Positions 1 to 14,075 of a stretch of DNA of 64,000 nt are shown here, one piece after another. The position numbers were made by a program, and so were the translations under genes. This DNA comes from Lama guanicoe (taxonomy: Eukaryota). The notes under the pieces were generated by a model. That model had not been told where the DNA came from and made no database searches. It was given only the letters and a program-made list of their open reading frames with translations. Numbering within the stretch: the stretch's first letter is position 1; each line of letters starts with the position of its first letter. The stretch lies in assembly GCA_013239625.1 (NCBI GenBank), contig MU053994.1, forward strand, positions 62,001-126,000, read 5' to 3'.

Positions 1-696
1 GAAACCTACCAAGTTAACAGACTCATTATTCTTGGGGTGCTAGCCACTTGGACAAATGGAATTTTCAAGATGTCATTTGATCCATTCTTTCTTTTAGCAA
101 GCTGAACAAAGAAGTGTTTTGTGTAAGATCACATTTTCTTTTCCAAATGGCTTTACCCATTCAACAGCCCAGACAGATGAATGCCTTTGACACATTGAAG
201 TGTGAGTGTTGCTACCTGGGCTATAAAGCAGCTGTTTCCCAGATGAGAGGCAGTCTTACAGATTTCATGCGTGAGAACATCATCTAAATGAGAGGTGGCA
301 AAACAAATATTGGTCATAGCGTTATGTGCAGTTAGCTGTTACTGTGCCCATCTGCTGGCTCCATTGCTTTGCATGGAATGGATTCCCTGTGCTCAGTGGT
401 CTATTGAAATCTGGTGTCCATGACAACCGAAGCATCACCAATCTCAGAACAAGCACTATGGGGCCAGCTGAATCTCCACTCTTATAATGACTTTAGGAGG
501 GAGCCACATTTCTGTCTAAGGCTGAAAAGATCCAGTGCTCAGCCAGAAAGGAAGTATTATTCTCATGCACATTTCAGTAACATAGTTTTGCTATTTGAAA
601 TGTTTTCTTCTTTCCTTGTGAGGCAAACAGAATTGCACATGTATCGCCAATTGCAACTGTTGAAATAGGTTAGAGTCTCAATGAAGGCATTAGAAG

Positions 697-960
697 ATCA
701 TGGTTAAGAACAGAGCTTTCAGAGGCAGATAGCCTTGGGATTGAATCCTGGCTCCACCACAGTAGCTGGTTGACCTTAGCCACGTTCCTTAGCATCTTTG
801 AGGCTTAATTTCCTCATCTGCAAAATGTAAGGCAAGCAGCACCCACCTCATAGGTGTGTCATGAAGATCCACTGAGAATGTGCATGGAATGTGCTTAGCA
901 GAGGGTCTGCTAAACACAGAGTGAAGACTCTATAGGTCAGCCATTGTTTTATTAGTATTT
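697..960 (+). mobile_element. MIR SINE
   Basis: tggttaagaacagagct...ttgaatcctggctccacc...tttcctcatctgcaaaatg MIR core. Confidence 0.8.
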
Positions 961-2013
961 TGAGTATGATTGTCCTCAATGTGAAGTGAGACCCTGTGTT
1001 GGCTAAACACTACAGGCATGTTTTTCAGATATTCAGCCGGTCATGTTCCCTGTGGTGGTATTCAGGGCTGCTACGCCCCTGATCACAATAGCAAAGCTTT
1101 GAGATCTTCAAACAGAGGCCATAAGGGGCTAGAGGGAGACGTCTTCTGCAATGCCATGTGGGAGATTAAGCTGAGCAGCTCAGAGGGTTGATGTATTAGT
1201 GTCATTTGTGTTGCTGGTCATCACCCCCGAACCATGAACCTATGTAAGTGACACTTTGCTTCTTCAGGAAGAGGGCGTCCTTTTCTCTTTTTAAAAGGTC
1301 AGGCTCTTTGCAGACTTAATCTAGGAATTGGCTTTCCCATGTCTGATTTGTCCTCTTCAGAGTAAATCGCCTAGTTGGCTTTATTGGCAGTAGATTGTCC
1401 CGCAGGTGACGTTGGAATATTTTTTGCTCTGTTCCCCCAGAATCTGAGTGGTGGATTCCAGTAGCTCACTCTTGCTCTTAAGTTCTCTTCTTTGTGTCTG
1501 AAGATTATTGGCTTATATTGCAGTAATTCCAAATTTCAGACAAATTTCAATAGTTGTATCTCCGGCAAAGTGACAACTTCAAATGAGTTTGATTTCTCGG
1601 CAAATGTTCCAGATCATGTATCTTCGGTAGCTTGTTTTAGAAAGAGATTAATACAATTAAGGATTCTTTCAAGTGTTCCTTCAGCTTCTGGACCCAGAAA
1701 TTATTTTTCTTGCATTAATGCACATTTCTATTTACATTTCAAGGCTATGTGGTATAGACTCTCTGTCAGTTTCACAAACTTAAGTCTACATTTTACTCTT
1801 TAGCTCCTATTCATATTCACTTATAACATGATAATCTTGATATTTGTAACTACACTACTCTAATAATAAAGGTCTCATGATTTCTTCCGACCCCTCATCG
1901 AGTTATGAATATTCATTAGTTTTGCTTACAAACTTCAATACCACGCCAGCTGGCTCTAGGTCTGTGGCCTTCGTCTCCATGGAGGTCTATTTTTCTCCGA
2001 TCTATGGTGTTAG

Positions 2014-2202
2014 ATCAGTGTTTCTCACACTGGAGCATGCATTAGAATCCCTTGGAGGTCTTGTTACAATACACATGGCTGAGTTCCATCCTCAGACTTT
2101 CTGATTCAGTAGGTCTGGAGTAGGGCCTGAGAATGCACTATTAACAAATTCAGCCATGATGCTGCTATAGTCTGACGGCTACATTTTTAGAACCACTACC
2201 TT
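2014..2202. mobile_element. MER5A-like hAT-Charlie MITE
   Basis: cagtgtttctca...ttctgattcagtaggtctggagtagggcctgagaat...tagaaccact. Confidence 0.8.
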
Positions 2203-2761
2203 AGACTGTGCCCTTAACCTTGGCCAAATATCTCTGAAATGTGGGAACTAGGTGAAGGCAAATGGCGGGAGCACCACAAACTTATCACCACCACCAGAAA
2301 ATAACTTGAAGGATAGGACTTACTGTATGACAGGCACTGTGATGAACATATTGTATCCATTTCAGGTGACAAAATTGGGACTTAGATTCAGTCACATGCC
2401 TGTCCTCACACAGCTGGTCAAGTAGTTGAATCCAGGTTTATCTGATTGCAGAGCTGCTTAATTTCTAGAGATTTGTCAGGTAAGACTGCTTGTTTTTCCA
2501 ACTAAAGTTCACACTGCTAAGAGGAGAGTGAGCTGTATCTCAAGACATTTGGAGGAATGGCCTGAACTGGACTCAATGACTCTCAAGGTGTTTCTGAAGT
2601 TTAACTTAAAAATGAATAAAAATGGCAGTACAGGAAAGTGCACTCCGTGTGCCCCAAAGTTCTGGAAGCCTCTGTGAGTCTCAGCTTCAATTTTTCCCAT
2701 TACAAGTTTGATAGAGTGGTTAGACTCCAGGATCCTTTCCCAAACCCAAGCAACTAGCTGA

Positions 2762-3100
2762 TGGTCTCAGGCTGGGTCCTCCAAAAGCTGCCTCAGAGAT
2801 GTGAATATGCTACATTAAGGGAGAGCGCTGGGGAGAAACCAGTATGGAAGTGGGGAAAACAGTGGAGGGTAACAAGCCAAGGAAAGGTGTGATTTTTAGG
2901 TGAAGTCCCAGTCTCATCCTGTGGGGGAGCTCTGGATTGGACATTTATATCTCAGTTTGTCCAGGCTAGAGGCGCACGCTTCCACCAGGAAGTCACTACA
3001 GCTGCGTGGGGGTGTGATCTTGGGTACATCGGGCTGTACTGGCCACCGTAGCTCTCCTAACCCAAGAGTAGCGCTCTGAAGAAGGCTGCAGATGGGAGTT
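2762..3100. mobile_element. Old MaLR (MLT1-type) LTR fragment
   Basis: Start tggtctcaggctgggtcctccaaaagc resembles the MLT1J/K terminus; highly diverged. Confidence 0.5.
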
Positions 3101-3619
3101 GTTAGAAGCAAAGTAGATGGACACTGGGGAGTGGGGAACAGGTTGGACTCATGGAATCAGTAGGAGGGTTCTGGTAGGAACACCCACAGTTCCATACATG
3201 GGTCCTCCAGAGTTTAGTAGAAGCCGTGAAGTTCGTTTTCTTGACAGATTGAATTAGAGAAGCTCTGGCCTTTGGGGCCCAAGGCACAGTCCAGGGCAGA
3301 GATGCGGTACATCACTAAAATCAGCATTATGTCCTAAATGCTGAGACACCCCCCTCCTCTCCACCCCCGACAGCCCACACACATCCTAAGCCTCTGCCTC
3401 AGCAACATTTCCCAGAACCCTGGCAGATACACTCAGCCACCAAGTAGTAGATTGAAGGAGGGTCTGTGGTTGTCAGATTCAACAAAAAAGAACCACAAAG
3501 ACTGACATCTGTAGGCATCTCCCACCCCAGAGAAAAAGGAGTTACACTGTCTTGTCACCCGGCAGTAAAGCCCACCAATTGACTAACCCTCTTCCCCACT
3601 CGGAGTTCCCAATTAAGCT

Positions 3620-5300
3620 TCTTAGATTAAGACTCTTAAATAGGAGTAGTCAGTCAAAAGACATTTAAGGAAAGCATCTGATGTGAAAGACAGCGATCAG
3701 AACAAAATAAATAGGAAAACCGAATTTGGAGTAAATAGCAAGTATCAGGAGCAGAAGAGAGCTTCCTAAGTGCCCAAATCCATAATTAATATTGTCAGAG
3801 AGGAAAGCAGTCACCGTATGAAATAGAAGCAGGATGTTATTAAAAGCAATATTCCGAGAAAAGAAGGAACTCTGCAAAATTAAAAACATGATAGCAGAAA
3901 TAAAAATAATTCACAAGCATTAGTATATTAAGTTGAAGAAACAAACATCCCTGAAAGTTCAACCAAAAGGTAATGAGATTGTCAATAAAGAAAGACAATG
4001 AGATTGATGAGAGAGAAGACTAATTAGAAGTTAAAGCTCAGTCTACTAGTTAATCTCAATGAAAGAGAACAAGATAAATGAAAAAGAAAAATTATGAAAA
4101 AATAAGAATATTTTTCACATGTGAAAAAACATGAGTTGCTATATTTAAGGGACCCACCAGCATGTCAGATGGAAAAAGAATAAAGATTCGAAAGGCTTCT
4201 AAGAAGAAAGACAAAACTGGTTCCAAAAAAGGGTTTGCACTGGACTCTGAATAGCAACTTAAGAAGTTACAAGACCATGGAGCAAGGCCTCCAAAATTCA
4301 CAGAGAAAATTATCAACTAGAATTCTATAGTAGCCAAAATGATCAATCACGTCTGAGAGTGGAGGAAAAACTCTTCGCAAGGTCTCAAAAAAAATTAAAA
4401 CGTTGTTTTTTTTTTCCTTCCAAAGCATATGACAGAGGTGATCTAGCCTCACAGAACGTGTGTTAAAAGAACCTTGGGGCCAGAGGGTCCACGTGAACCA
4501 GCCATCATCTGGAACACTGCAAGAGCTTTCTAACTAGTAAAACATTTTGGAGGGGAGGGTCCATGGCAAAGGGAGAATGAACCAAGAAATAGGAAAATAT
4601 GAGATCTCAAAACTTGGAGCTCCGATACAGGTGGAATCAGAAAACTTCCACAGTGATGGTAAAGGACTGCCTAGGAGGACAGCTGGGTATCAGGCCTTGA
4701 AGGCAGCTGTTAAGTACTGAAGCAGAGCTACAGCTGGGATGTTGCTAAGAGGGAAAAAAAAATAGGAGGCTTACCTGATATGTTTGGCTGTACCTTGGCG
4801 AGTTTTGCAAGTCTGCCTGCAAGTTTGGGTGTGAATTTGGTGTACAGACAAATAGAAAACCAAATAACATAAAAAGAAAATTATTAACTGGTGGTGGGGA
4901 ATAGAAGCAGAAAGGAAGTGGTAATCAGTGCACATGGTTTTGCTTAATGAATATTGACTTAACTGAATGTGGTTGTGGTAAAAAATGTGATGTAACTATT
5001 TTGGGCATTTGGGAAAGGAAATATATGTATGGAGAGATTATAAGAGCTAAATTGTCATCTTCCATGTTAGCTGGTTAATAGATAACACCTAAAATGGAAA
5101 AGTCAAGAGATAGCTGTACAAGCAGGTCATTTAGAAATGTGAAGATAAGTAGCTAGAAAAAATGCGAAAAAAGTGTTTAGTTTTTGCATCAGAGGAGTCA
5201 CAATGTGGATGGAGTGGGTGGGGCAGAAGCCTGATACCATTTTAAGGAACTCTTCACTTTTTAAGTTATGCACATAGATTTCTTTGAGAAATATAAACAC
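3620..5300 (+). mobile_element. HAL1/old L1M ORF1-region relic
   Basis: A-rich + strand; agcaacttaagaagttacaagaccatggagcaaggcctccaaaatt...ctagaattctatagtagccaaaatgatc resembles the L1/HAL1 ORF1 RILYPAKLS region. Confidence 0.65.
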
Positions 5301-6571
5301 CAAGAAAATAAGAACTATTTTTCTTAATCTCACCTGTGCTTTTTAGATGTGATTTCTCCATATTCTGCTCTTCACATTTAATTTATTCCTGCTCAGTGAT
5401 TAAAAAATGTTCTCAGAGAACATTTATGGAATGTTACCTAATAATAGAAATAATGTCATTTATAGACAAATTTTGTCAACAAATTTTTCCCCATCAAAAA
5501 TATGGCTTGATCTCTCTCTCATATTCTTAGAAGTAAAACTAAATTAGGATTTAATGATGGCATTTTATTAGTCTGAATGGTCGAATAGCTCTGTGTCAAT
5601 TAAAAACTTCATAAGGTTTAATTTGAATAGTTGTGCCTTCCTTAATGAAGTATTAAGTAAAATAATGAGGATCGGAGCTATATTTATTAAGATTCTACCC
5701 AGGAAGAAGGAGGAGAGAGCCCAGTTAAAATAATTAAAAGTGAAAAGATAGATGATTAGACTACAATGCAGACTGGCTGAACCACTTATGTAAAGCAGAA
5801 TAAGAATAATGTTTTTTTTCCATAGCAGTGGCTCTAAAATGCTCCAAGATTCTAAAAATGCGTCCAAGTCATTGCAACCAGTGGTAACGAATAATTATAT
5901 AGAACATTAAGTCTGCTAAGTACTTTTTACATAAACTGTCCGGTTTAATTCTCACACTATGTCTTATAGTTAGATATTACTATGACCATTTTTGGAATAG
6001 AAAATAGAAAACATTGCAAGGAGGTTGAGAAACTTTCCCAAGGATATAGGGTTGTTAAGTAGGATAGTAGTAATATTTATTGCCCCAGCAGGATACTTTT
6101 GGTAGGAACCAGCCAGTTGAGAATCTAAGACAAGAGAGAGAAACCAAGACTTACCTATGGGACTTATGGCTCCCAATTAATAAGAGATTGAATGTAGTCC
6201 AGAACTCAACTTCCTCTCCAAACTTGTGATCTTTCTGCTGCCTTGAGCTGAAGGTACCATTAGTGTTAAGCAAAATTCCCCCGTTCTCTAAATATACCAA
6301 TAAATATTGCTTGAATGGCAAATAATTGTTTCTGTTCATTGAGAAAACCATCAAGGGAGTAAGTGAAGCTTCTGAATCAGTTCTAGGGCTTCAGGACTGA
6401 GTTAGTTGCTCACTTGCACCCCCTATTGCATTCGGTAGCTTGAAAACTCAAGAGAGACGGTGTCTGGGAGGTATTCAGGTACAGGTGAGAAGTTCCTGAA
6501 TAGAACATAGTAGTGTGATATTGGAGACAAGCATGGATGACTAAGTGTAAGGACTGAAAGTAGATGGCAAA

Positions 6572-6900
6572 TAAAAAAATGAGACAAATGAACTTATTTA
6601 CAAAACAGAAACAGACTCACAGACATAGAAAACAAACTTGTGGTTCCCAGGGGGAGAAAGAAGGGGGTTGGAAGGGATAAATTAGGAGTTTGGGATTAAC
6701 ATATATACACTACTATATATAAAATAGATAAACAACAAAGACTTACTGTACAGCACAAGGAACTATATTCAATACCTTGTAATAACCTATCATGAAAAAG
6801 AATATGAAAAGGAATATATATGTATAACTGAATCACTATGCTGTACACCAGAAATTAACACAATATTGTAAACCAACTATCTTTCAATTAAAAAAAAAAG
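6572..6900 (+). mobile_element. 5'-truncated lineage L1 3' end with poly(A)
   Basis: acaaatgaacttatttacaaaacagaaacagactcacagac...caattaaaaaaaaaa; 12-bp TSD gtagatggcaaa at 6560-6571 and 6901-6912. Confidence 0.92.
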
Positions 6901-8751
6901 GTAGATGGCAAACAGTGAGATAAAGAATCCTTAGCAGAAAGTTTCTAACACCACACCTGTTCCCTAAGTTTCTTTTGTTATTTTTTCTCACAAGCCTTTT
7001 TTCTTAATCGATCCCTTTCCCCAGCACCTCTGGCTCTCCCTTTGGGTGTACATTCACTGCACATATTATGTTTGTTTCCATCCTACACCTTTTCGAGGGA
7101 GCCCTTCCTATAGCATGACTAGGGCAGCTCTGAGCTCTTAGTCTCTACTCCCTTTTTACTACTACTGAAATGAATCATAGCATAGGCTCCTGACAAAGAG
7201 AAGATTCTTAATACGTATGTATGGAAGGAAGGAAGGAATGCAGGTGAAATGTTTTTAATTTCATGAAACTAAATAATCCCCTTTATTTGAAGCTCAAAAA
7301 GGGACAACCCATATTTTAAAAGCAGCTCCTGTCTAAATGTATTTTAGCTGTTACTGGTTGGACAGCAGAGCCACTTAGGATTAAGTATTTGATGGCCAGG
7401 ATACTTGGTTGGTCATGGATATTGTCGTATTTTCATTCACAAGCAGCCTTGTGACAGCCAAAGGATGGTCAAATTCTACCACTTTTACATTACAAAATGA
7501 GAAATGAAGTGCGCCCAGCTTGTGATAGGTCAGAATGATTCACTTAGGCACCTCTCCGCTGACACACAGAACTCTCTGATTGTTAACATTAGGGATACCC
7601 TTTAGTTTGGACTTGTGCAATACCTGACATCTAAAAGAGTTTTTGTTTTGTTTTTTTAAAATAATTTGTTACTTTTATATTCATGCAGGTGATAAAATCT
7701 TGTGTGTGTTTCTCAACCTTTATCTCCCTCTGTTTGAAAATTGCATTCACGCTTAATAAATAAAACATTGACAGATGTAGACACTTCATCAGCTGCTATA
7801 ATTTCTTTTGTGTTTGTTTGGGAAGGACTTGTGCTTTTCCTGTAAAGGAGAATGTAATATAGAAAACTGTCCCTTTAATTGCATATTAAAGCACTGTTCC
7901 TCAAACAGTTTTTAAAGTAAATATTTATGAACAAGAGTGTGTGTAGGAGTGGAAAAATCAGAGCCAGTTTTCAGTAAGTATATTTTTACTACAGCTAAGA
8001 AATGAATACCTCATCACGTCTTTCCCATAGTGAATAAACAGATACCCAGAGAGATAATTAAATCAGAAATTAGAAGGAAAAAAAAAGGTCTTTCAGAATA
8101 TTTCTACAGCACCCTATGACTTAATATTTCTCTTCATCTTAGATCGTGTGAGCTTTTAATTAGGAAGGTGGGACCCTGTATGACACAGCTGTTTCTGATT
8201 TATACTGTTGACTGTTGACCAACATGTAACTAACTCCCCACCAATATTTTTAGCAGTCAGGGAAAAGTCCCCAATTCTTGGTACAGGCAACTTCTTAGAG
8301 ATTCCAACTGAAACTACTGTGTAAAATGGCTCTTAACATTTATCTTTAAGCTTGAGGCTTTCTGTTTTCCATCAGGCAAGCTGTGTTCCTTTCTACATGT
8401 GAATAAGAGACAGAACAATACTGTTTTCATTTCTGTTACTGTCTAGTATTGTTTTTTTCTAGAGATTTCAGGCCAAGGTGGAACCTTCTGGGTAGTCTCT
8501 TATCCTGAATTACTGGCAGTTAAGATGCTCTGATGCTTTCAGTGTGTTTACAATGCCCTCTAAAGTTTGATTGCCAGGGATTTCCTTGGTTTTGGACTAT
8601 CTGCAGTTTCACCATAGTGTGTCTAGAGTAAATTTCATATTAATTATCCTACTTTTTATATGTTGTGTTTCATTTTTTTACTTGTGGATTTGTGTCTTTA
8701 ATCCATTCTTGGAAATTGTCATTGGCTGTCCATTCAAATATTTCTCTTCGT

Positions 8752-9860
8752 TTTTAAATAATTTTATTGAGATGTAACTTACAAACCATATGGTTCATAC
8801 ATTTGAGGTATACAGTTCAGTGGTTTTAATGTGTTCATAGGGTTGTGCCACTATCACCACAATCAATTTTAGAAGATTTTCATGACGCCAAAAGGAAACC
8901 CTGAAGCCATTAACAGTCACTCCTCTATTTCACCCAACCCCTCCTCCTACCCCTACTGCTCTAGGCAGCCACTTTTTTGTCTTGATGGATTTGCCTATTC
9001 TGGACATTTCATATAAATGGAATAATACACTATGTAGTCTTTTGTGATTGGCTTCTTTCACTTAGCAAAAATGTATTCAAGCTCCATCCATATTATAGCA
9101 TGTATCAGTACTTCATTGTTTTTTATTGCCAAATAATATTTCACTATACGGATACATCATATTTATTCATCTTGTCATCTGTTGGCATTTGAGTTATTAC
9201 AAGTTATTGGCTACTATGAAAAATACTTCTGTGAACATTCTTGTATAGATTTTTGTTGTACACATCTGTTTTCAATGTTTTCAGTTCTCTTGGGTATATA
9301 CCTAGGAATGGAATTGCTGGGCCAGATGGTAGTTTTATGTTTAACATTTTGAGGAACTGTAGAGACTGTCTTCCAAAGCAGCTGCACCATTTTCCATCAA
9401 TACCAGCAACGTATAAGGGTTCTAGTTGGTCCAAACCCTCACCAACACTTGTTATTACCAAACTTTTCAATTATAGCCTTGTTAAGCCGGCCTGAAGTGG
9501 TATATAATTGTGGCTTTGAGATGCATTTTCTTGATGACTAATGATGCTGAACATCTTTTCATGTGCTTATTGGCCACTTGCAGATCTTTGGAGAAATGTC
9601 TTTTTAGAGCTTTTGCCTGTTTTTAATTGAGTTATTTTTTTATTATTGAGTTGTAAAATTTCTTTATATATTCTGGATACAAATTCCATATCAGAAATAT
9701 GATTTGCAAAATATGTTGTCCCATTGTGTGGATTATCTTTCAACTGTATTGATGGTTTCCTTTGAAGCACAAAAGCTTTAATTTTTATAAAGCCTGATTT
9801 ATCTACTTTTTCTCTTGTCACGTGTGCTTTTGGTGTCACTTCTAAGGAGAGTGACTAAAT
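8752..9860 (-). mobile_element. L1M (L1MB-like) 3' region with ORF2 relic
   Basis: ttttattgagat terminus. Minus-strand ORFs 9204-9470 (LPSGPAIPFLGIYPRELKT) and 9567-9839 (FANHISD...RIYKEILQLNNKK) are L1 ORF2 C-terminal remnants. Confidence 0.9.
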
Positions 9861-9892
9861 CAAGTTTGCGATCTTCTGCATTTTTTTTGTAT

Positions 9893-10071
9893 CAGTGCTT
9901 CTCTACCTTGGCTGTACATTCGAATCAGCCAGTGAGCTTTAATAATTCCTGAAGCCTGGGTCATGCTCTAGAACGATTAATTCAGAATTTCCTGGAGTGG
10001 GACCTAGGCATCAATAGTTTTATATTTCCACAGGTGAGTCCTGTGTGCAGCCAAAGTAGAGAACCACTGCT
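9893..10071. mobile_element. MER5-family hAT MITE
   Basis: cagtgcttctc...ggtgagtcctgtgtgcagccaaagtagagaaccactg. Confidence 0.75.
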
Positions 10072-10109
10072 CTGTGTTCTTCTGAGGTCCAGATGGACAT
10101 ATGTTACAC

Positions 10110-10800
10110 CTTTGTGTCACTTCATACTACGTATCCTGTCTTTTATATTTTCCATTTACTTATTTCTCTGTGCTGCGTTCTAGGTAACTTCTTTAGATAT
10201 ATCTTCCAGTTCACCAGTTCCCCCTTGAACAGTGTTTCACCTGCCATTTAACCCATCCATTGGGTTCTATATCTATCAATTTCACTTTTCTGTAAGTTCC
10301 AGCTAAGCTTTTCTCATGGTTTCACATTTCTTGTTAAGTTTGGCGATTCTACCTTTTTTTGAACATTTAATGCATTTTGGGGTATTCCATATCTGGTAAT
10401 TTAAATGCTGGAAGTCCTTGATGGTATGATTTTCTTGTTTGTTGTTTCTGTATACTGTCACTTACGGGGGCTTGTTTCCTTGAGTCTTTGATCTTCCACC
10501 ATGCACACATATTTGGTTGATTGTAATATGTGGTGTCTCTGTTGAGGATGCTTCCTTATAGAGATTTGTGTTTGCTGCTTCTAGGATTCAACAATACTGC
10601 CAGCCTGGAACCACTTGCGCCCTTTTCCTAGGCATTTCCAGCTTGATGGAGACATCAGCCTTTGCCCACAGGGCATCCGTGCCTTGCTTATCACATATGC
10701 TTCAGCTCAAGCTTTTTGTTTCCTTTTGCTTTTTCAGGTGGACTGGGGGCTTCCCCTTGCTGTACTTGAGCCTAAGTATATATTGGTAAACAAGTCTCTT
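10110..10800 (-). mobile_element. Old L1M/HAL1 fragment
   Basis: tttctctgtgctgcgttctaggtaacttctttagatatatcttccagttcacc...ttaacccatccattg is typical antisense old-L1 ORF1 sequence. Confidence 0.55.
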
Positions 10801-10829
10801 AAAGGATATGCAGTATTTAATCAGTTACA

Positions 10830-11390
10830 AAGTTCTGCCAATTAAGATGCATTTTTTTATGTACCAGTGAGAAAGAGAAAAAACAGTCCATTAAACTGAC
10901 ATAATGCTTCTTTTCACTAGGATTTTACACTTATGGAAAGAGCTCTTTTAGAGTTATTTAGACAGTGTTTTTATCATATATCACTCTTGTGTATGCCTCA
11001 AAGAAAAATATAAGCAAAATAAATTAGTTATGATATTCATAACACTTTCTCACACTCACACTCCAGCAGGTTTTAATTACTTTCTCCCCAGAGTCACTAA
11101 TGTCTGTGATTTTCTACAAAATATCATCCCTCTGTGCCATCAAAAGCACTGGTGATGCAGCACTTCTTAAAAAAGTGTTCCACTTTGGCATTTTTTTCCA
11201 AGTGGTTGACACCCATTTTGGAGGTTTTGATGAACCATACACAGACTGTGGGAGCTAAGTCCTACTGCCTCTGGGCGGATAGTGATTTTGAGATACATTC
11301 TAATTACAGGGATGTTAAAATGTAAAAAAAAAAAAAAGAAGAAGAAGAAGAAGGAGAAGGGTACATCTTAGAATCAATAAAGCTATGCAG
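10830..11390 (-). mobile_element. TcMar (Tc2/Kanga-like) DNA transposon relic with transposase C-terminus
   Basis: Minus strand ~11186-11115 reads KVEHFFKKCCITSAFDGTE/DDIL (one frameshift), the pogo-type FKKCCI..ALDGTEDD motif. The terminal gatgttaaaatgt...catcttagaatc resembles Kanga/MER104 ends. Confidence 0.7.
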
Positions 11391-11427
11391 TTCCTTTGTT
11401 ACAGGGAAAGGCCTTCCTGAGTATCTA

Positions 11428-11745
11428 GAGAAGTGCTGCTGAAGGTGTGGCTTGCGGGCCATTCTGCAAATTTATTCCTGGTCGAAAAGGATACAAGTAC
11501 AGAAATGGAGAGTTGAGCATTTAGGAACTTTTTTTTAGTAATTACAGCAAGTAACTTTTTTTAGTAATTACGCCTGTTAGATCTCATAATAAAAAATTGG
11601 GACTGATATTTCATATGTGTTTTTAATTGCATTTTCTGGCAATGCACCCGTATGTTATTTTACGAAAGCATCAGCCCATGATGGATTAGAAATAAACCAA
11701 CCAAAATTGGTCCTTCACCAATGATAGTTTGAGTAGCATTGGTCT
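11428..11745. mobile_element. hAT-Charlie non-autonomous element (Charlie18a-like)
   Basis: agtgctgctgaaggtgtgg...aagtacagaaatggagag...tggtccttcacca...tttgagtagcattg. Confidence 0.6.
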
Positions 11746-11912
11746 TAATGGGTCTCAAAGTTTGGCTTTGGCAGAATCACCTGGAGGGCTTACTAAAACA
11801 CAGGTCACTGTGCTTTAGGTGGGTCTCCGGTAGAGTGGGAGAATTTGCATTTCTAATCAGTTCCCAGGTAATATGGATGCTGTTCTAGGGCCCACGCTTC
11901 CAGAACACTGCC
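11746..11912. mobile_element. MER5A-like hAT MITE
   Basis: gggtctcaaag...agaatcacctggagggcttactaaaacacagg...atttgcatttctaatcagttcccagg. Confidence 0.75.
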
Positions 11913-12764
11913 CTCGACCCCCAGATTGCTGGAAGCAGATACCATATTGCCAAGGATTTCCAGCTTGATTTGGAGGACAGGAAATCCTGATGCTCTCTTG
12001 GAAAGCTCCTGCTTCCGGTGATCACTTTCTTTTAATGAATTTAGAATAACTTCTCTAAACTGTATTCTATTTAATCTCCATTCCTTGGTACACTCTTTAG
12101 GACACCACTGACTTTCAGGGCTGTTGCAGCCAATGTCTGCTACAAAGGTATATATATATGATTGCATTTGATTAAATGTTCACACTCTTCTTAGAAAAGC
12201 AAAATGTACATTTTATTTTTTAAGTGAATTGGTGCCATGATTGGGTAGAAATAAGCTCCCAGTTCTTTTGATTGTGCCACAATCTGTTGACAGTGTTCTA
12301 GGGACTGATCAAATAGCACCAATGCCCAGGATAACCCTTTCCAGTGGTTTAAACCAGACTGCACACCAGACTTCTGAGATATTTGTGTTGCCTTGTTAAG
12401 CTGACAGGAGGAAGCATCTCTGTGAAAAATCTGTACTGCATATCCACACCATAGTTTCCAGCAGCAACTGTCATTATTACTATCTTGAAGAATATATATT
12501 AACCTCAGAGACCTTGATAAATGACCCTTTAGGGGAAAATTAATATCTTTAGAGGAGTCAAATATATTAATCATTGGTGCCATGGGCAGAGTAAATTTCC
12601 TTCCCGCTGCTGTGGCAAATGCTGTAAATCCTTGCAGGGTCCACGGGCAACATTTATGGCCCTGTGAATATTAGCCAATGCCTGCCATTCACTGGGGTGG
12701 GAATAATTATCATCCCCTGCTTTCAGGTGTTGTAACAGATTAGGAGCCTTCTTAGAGTTCTAAA

Positions 12765-12912
12765 CCAGTGCTTCTCACATTTTGATGCATCTGAATCACT
12801 TGGGGAACCTTTTAAAGATCTGGGATGGAGCCTGAGGTTCTGCCTGTCTTAGAAGCTCCTGGGTGATACCAGTGTTGCCCGTCTAAGGACCACACTGAGT
12901 GGTCCTTTGCTA
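12765..12912. mobile_element. MER5-family hAT MITE
   Basis: ccagtgcttctcacat...gaatcacttgggga...ttctgcctgtcttagaagctcctgggtgat...ggaccacactgagt. Confidence 0.7.
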
Positions 12913-13639
12913 AATGCTTTTGAACAACCTGCTTGCATAGAGTGCTCCTTCTTGCAAGCTAGCACGTGGAGTACTGATACAGCTCTTCCTCCAGAAACTT
13001 AGCCTGGTCACCTAAAGTCATTGCCCGCTTCTTTATGTTCATTTAGTGAAAAACATTCTGGCAGGTGATTCTGCCAAAGCTAAACTTTGTGACCCATTAA
13101 GATCAATGCTACTCAGGACAGTATTCACATTGGAAACCACTCCTTTCAGGTCTGTGTCCTTTAAGAACGTTTTACTTTGGTCATTAGAAAAGGTCAACTT
13201 TCTCTTTGTCAACAGAATATGCTGTTGGGGGAAGAGTTGTCACGAATGTCATATTGAAGGTAATTCCATAGCATCTTATCAGAGAAGAAAACCTAAATCC
13301 CAAGGAGAGACATACGATGCAAGCTCTGTGCTGTGCCACTTCAGGATGTCCTCAGAAGGCCACAGCTTTCATTTGTAAATGTCAACTTGTGATCGGTGGT
13401 GCATGAGACAGAGTACAGCTTTAATAAAATGGTTTTGTTGCTTGCTTTGGTCTTGGGTGAAACAGGAGTGATGAGAAATATTATTAGAGCCTGTGTGCGG
13501 CTATCGCTCACTGTGAGGCCCTCATATGCTTCTGTGCCCGAGAAGCAGACAAATTACTGTAACCTAATAGGGATTATTTTAAACAATGAATTCTACTCAG
13601 ATCTGAGAGTGAAAGCCAGATTCCTTTCCTGGTCGAGTG

Positions 13640-14075
13640 TTTCATTTACCAGTGCTTTTAGCTGTAGGTAATAGAAAACCTGACTTAGGGTGGCTTAAGC
13701 AGATCAGGGTTATCATTCTAACATGTAAAGATGTCTGGAATTAGATGGCTGCTGGTATTTGCTCAATGAGTTGGCAGCATCAGGGCCTTTCCCTGGTGAT
13801 AGTTGCAGAATCTGTGGAGCTCCTGGTACCATGTCTGTGTTCAAGGCAGAAAACAGAAGGAAGGGTGTGCTAAGGATGTCTTAACTGACCAGGGAAGCCA
13901 AAGCTGTCCAAGACATCTCCAGATTTCTCCTTGTGTCTGTCAATCAGGACTGTTGCATGCCCACGCAAGGGAGACTGGGAAATCTTGCATTTATCTGGGC
14001 CACCTTGAAAATTACTGGAGTTCTGTTGGGAAGGAAGAAGGGAGAAATGGATATTGAGTAGGCAACTAACTATAT
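13640..14075. mobile_element. Old MaLR (MLT1J/K-like) LTR
   Basis: tttagctgtaggtaatagaaaacctgactt...ggaaggaagaagggagaaatggatattgagtaggcaactaac. Confidence 0.6.

Noticed and set aside
1090..1720. Protein-looking minus-strand frame (ERILNCINLFLKQ...PFKKRKGRPLPEE...LFEDLKALLL)
   Set aside because: About 8 stops in about 210 codons is near chance, and I recognise no family.
9204..9839. ORFs with L1 ORF2 similarity as functional genes (also 21828-22088)
   Set aside because: Fragmented, 5'-truncated retrotransposon remnants.
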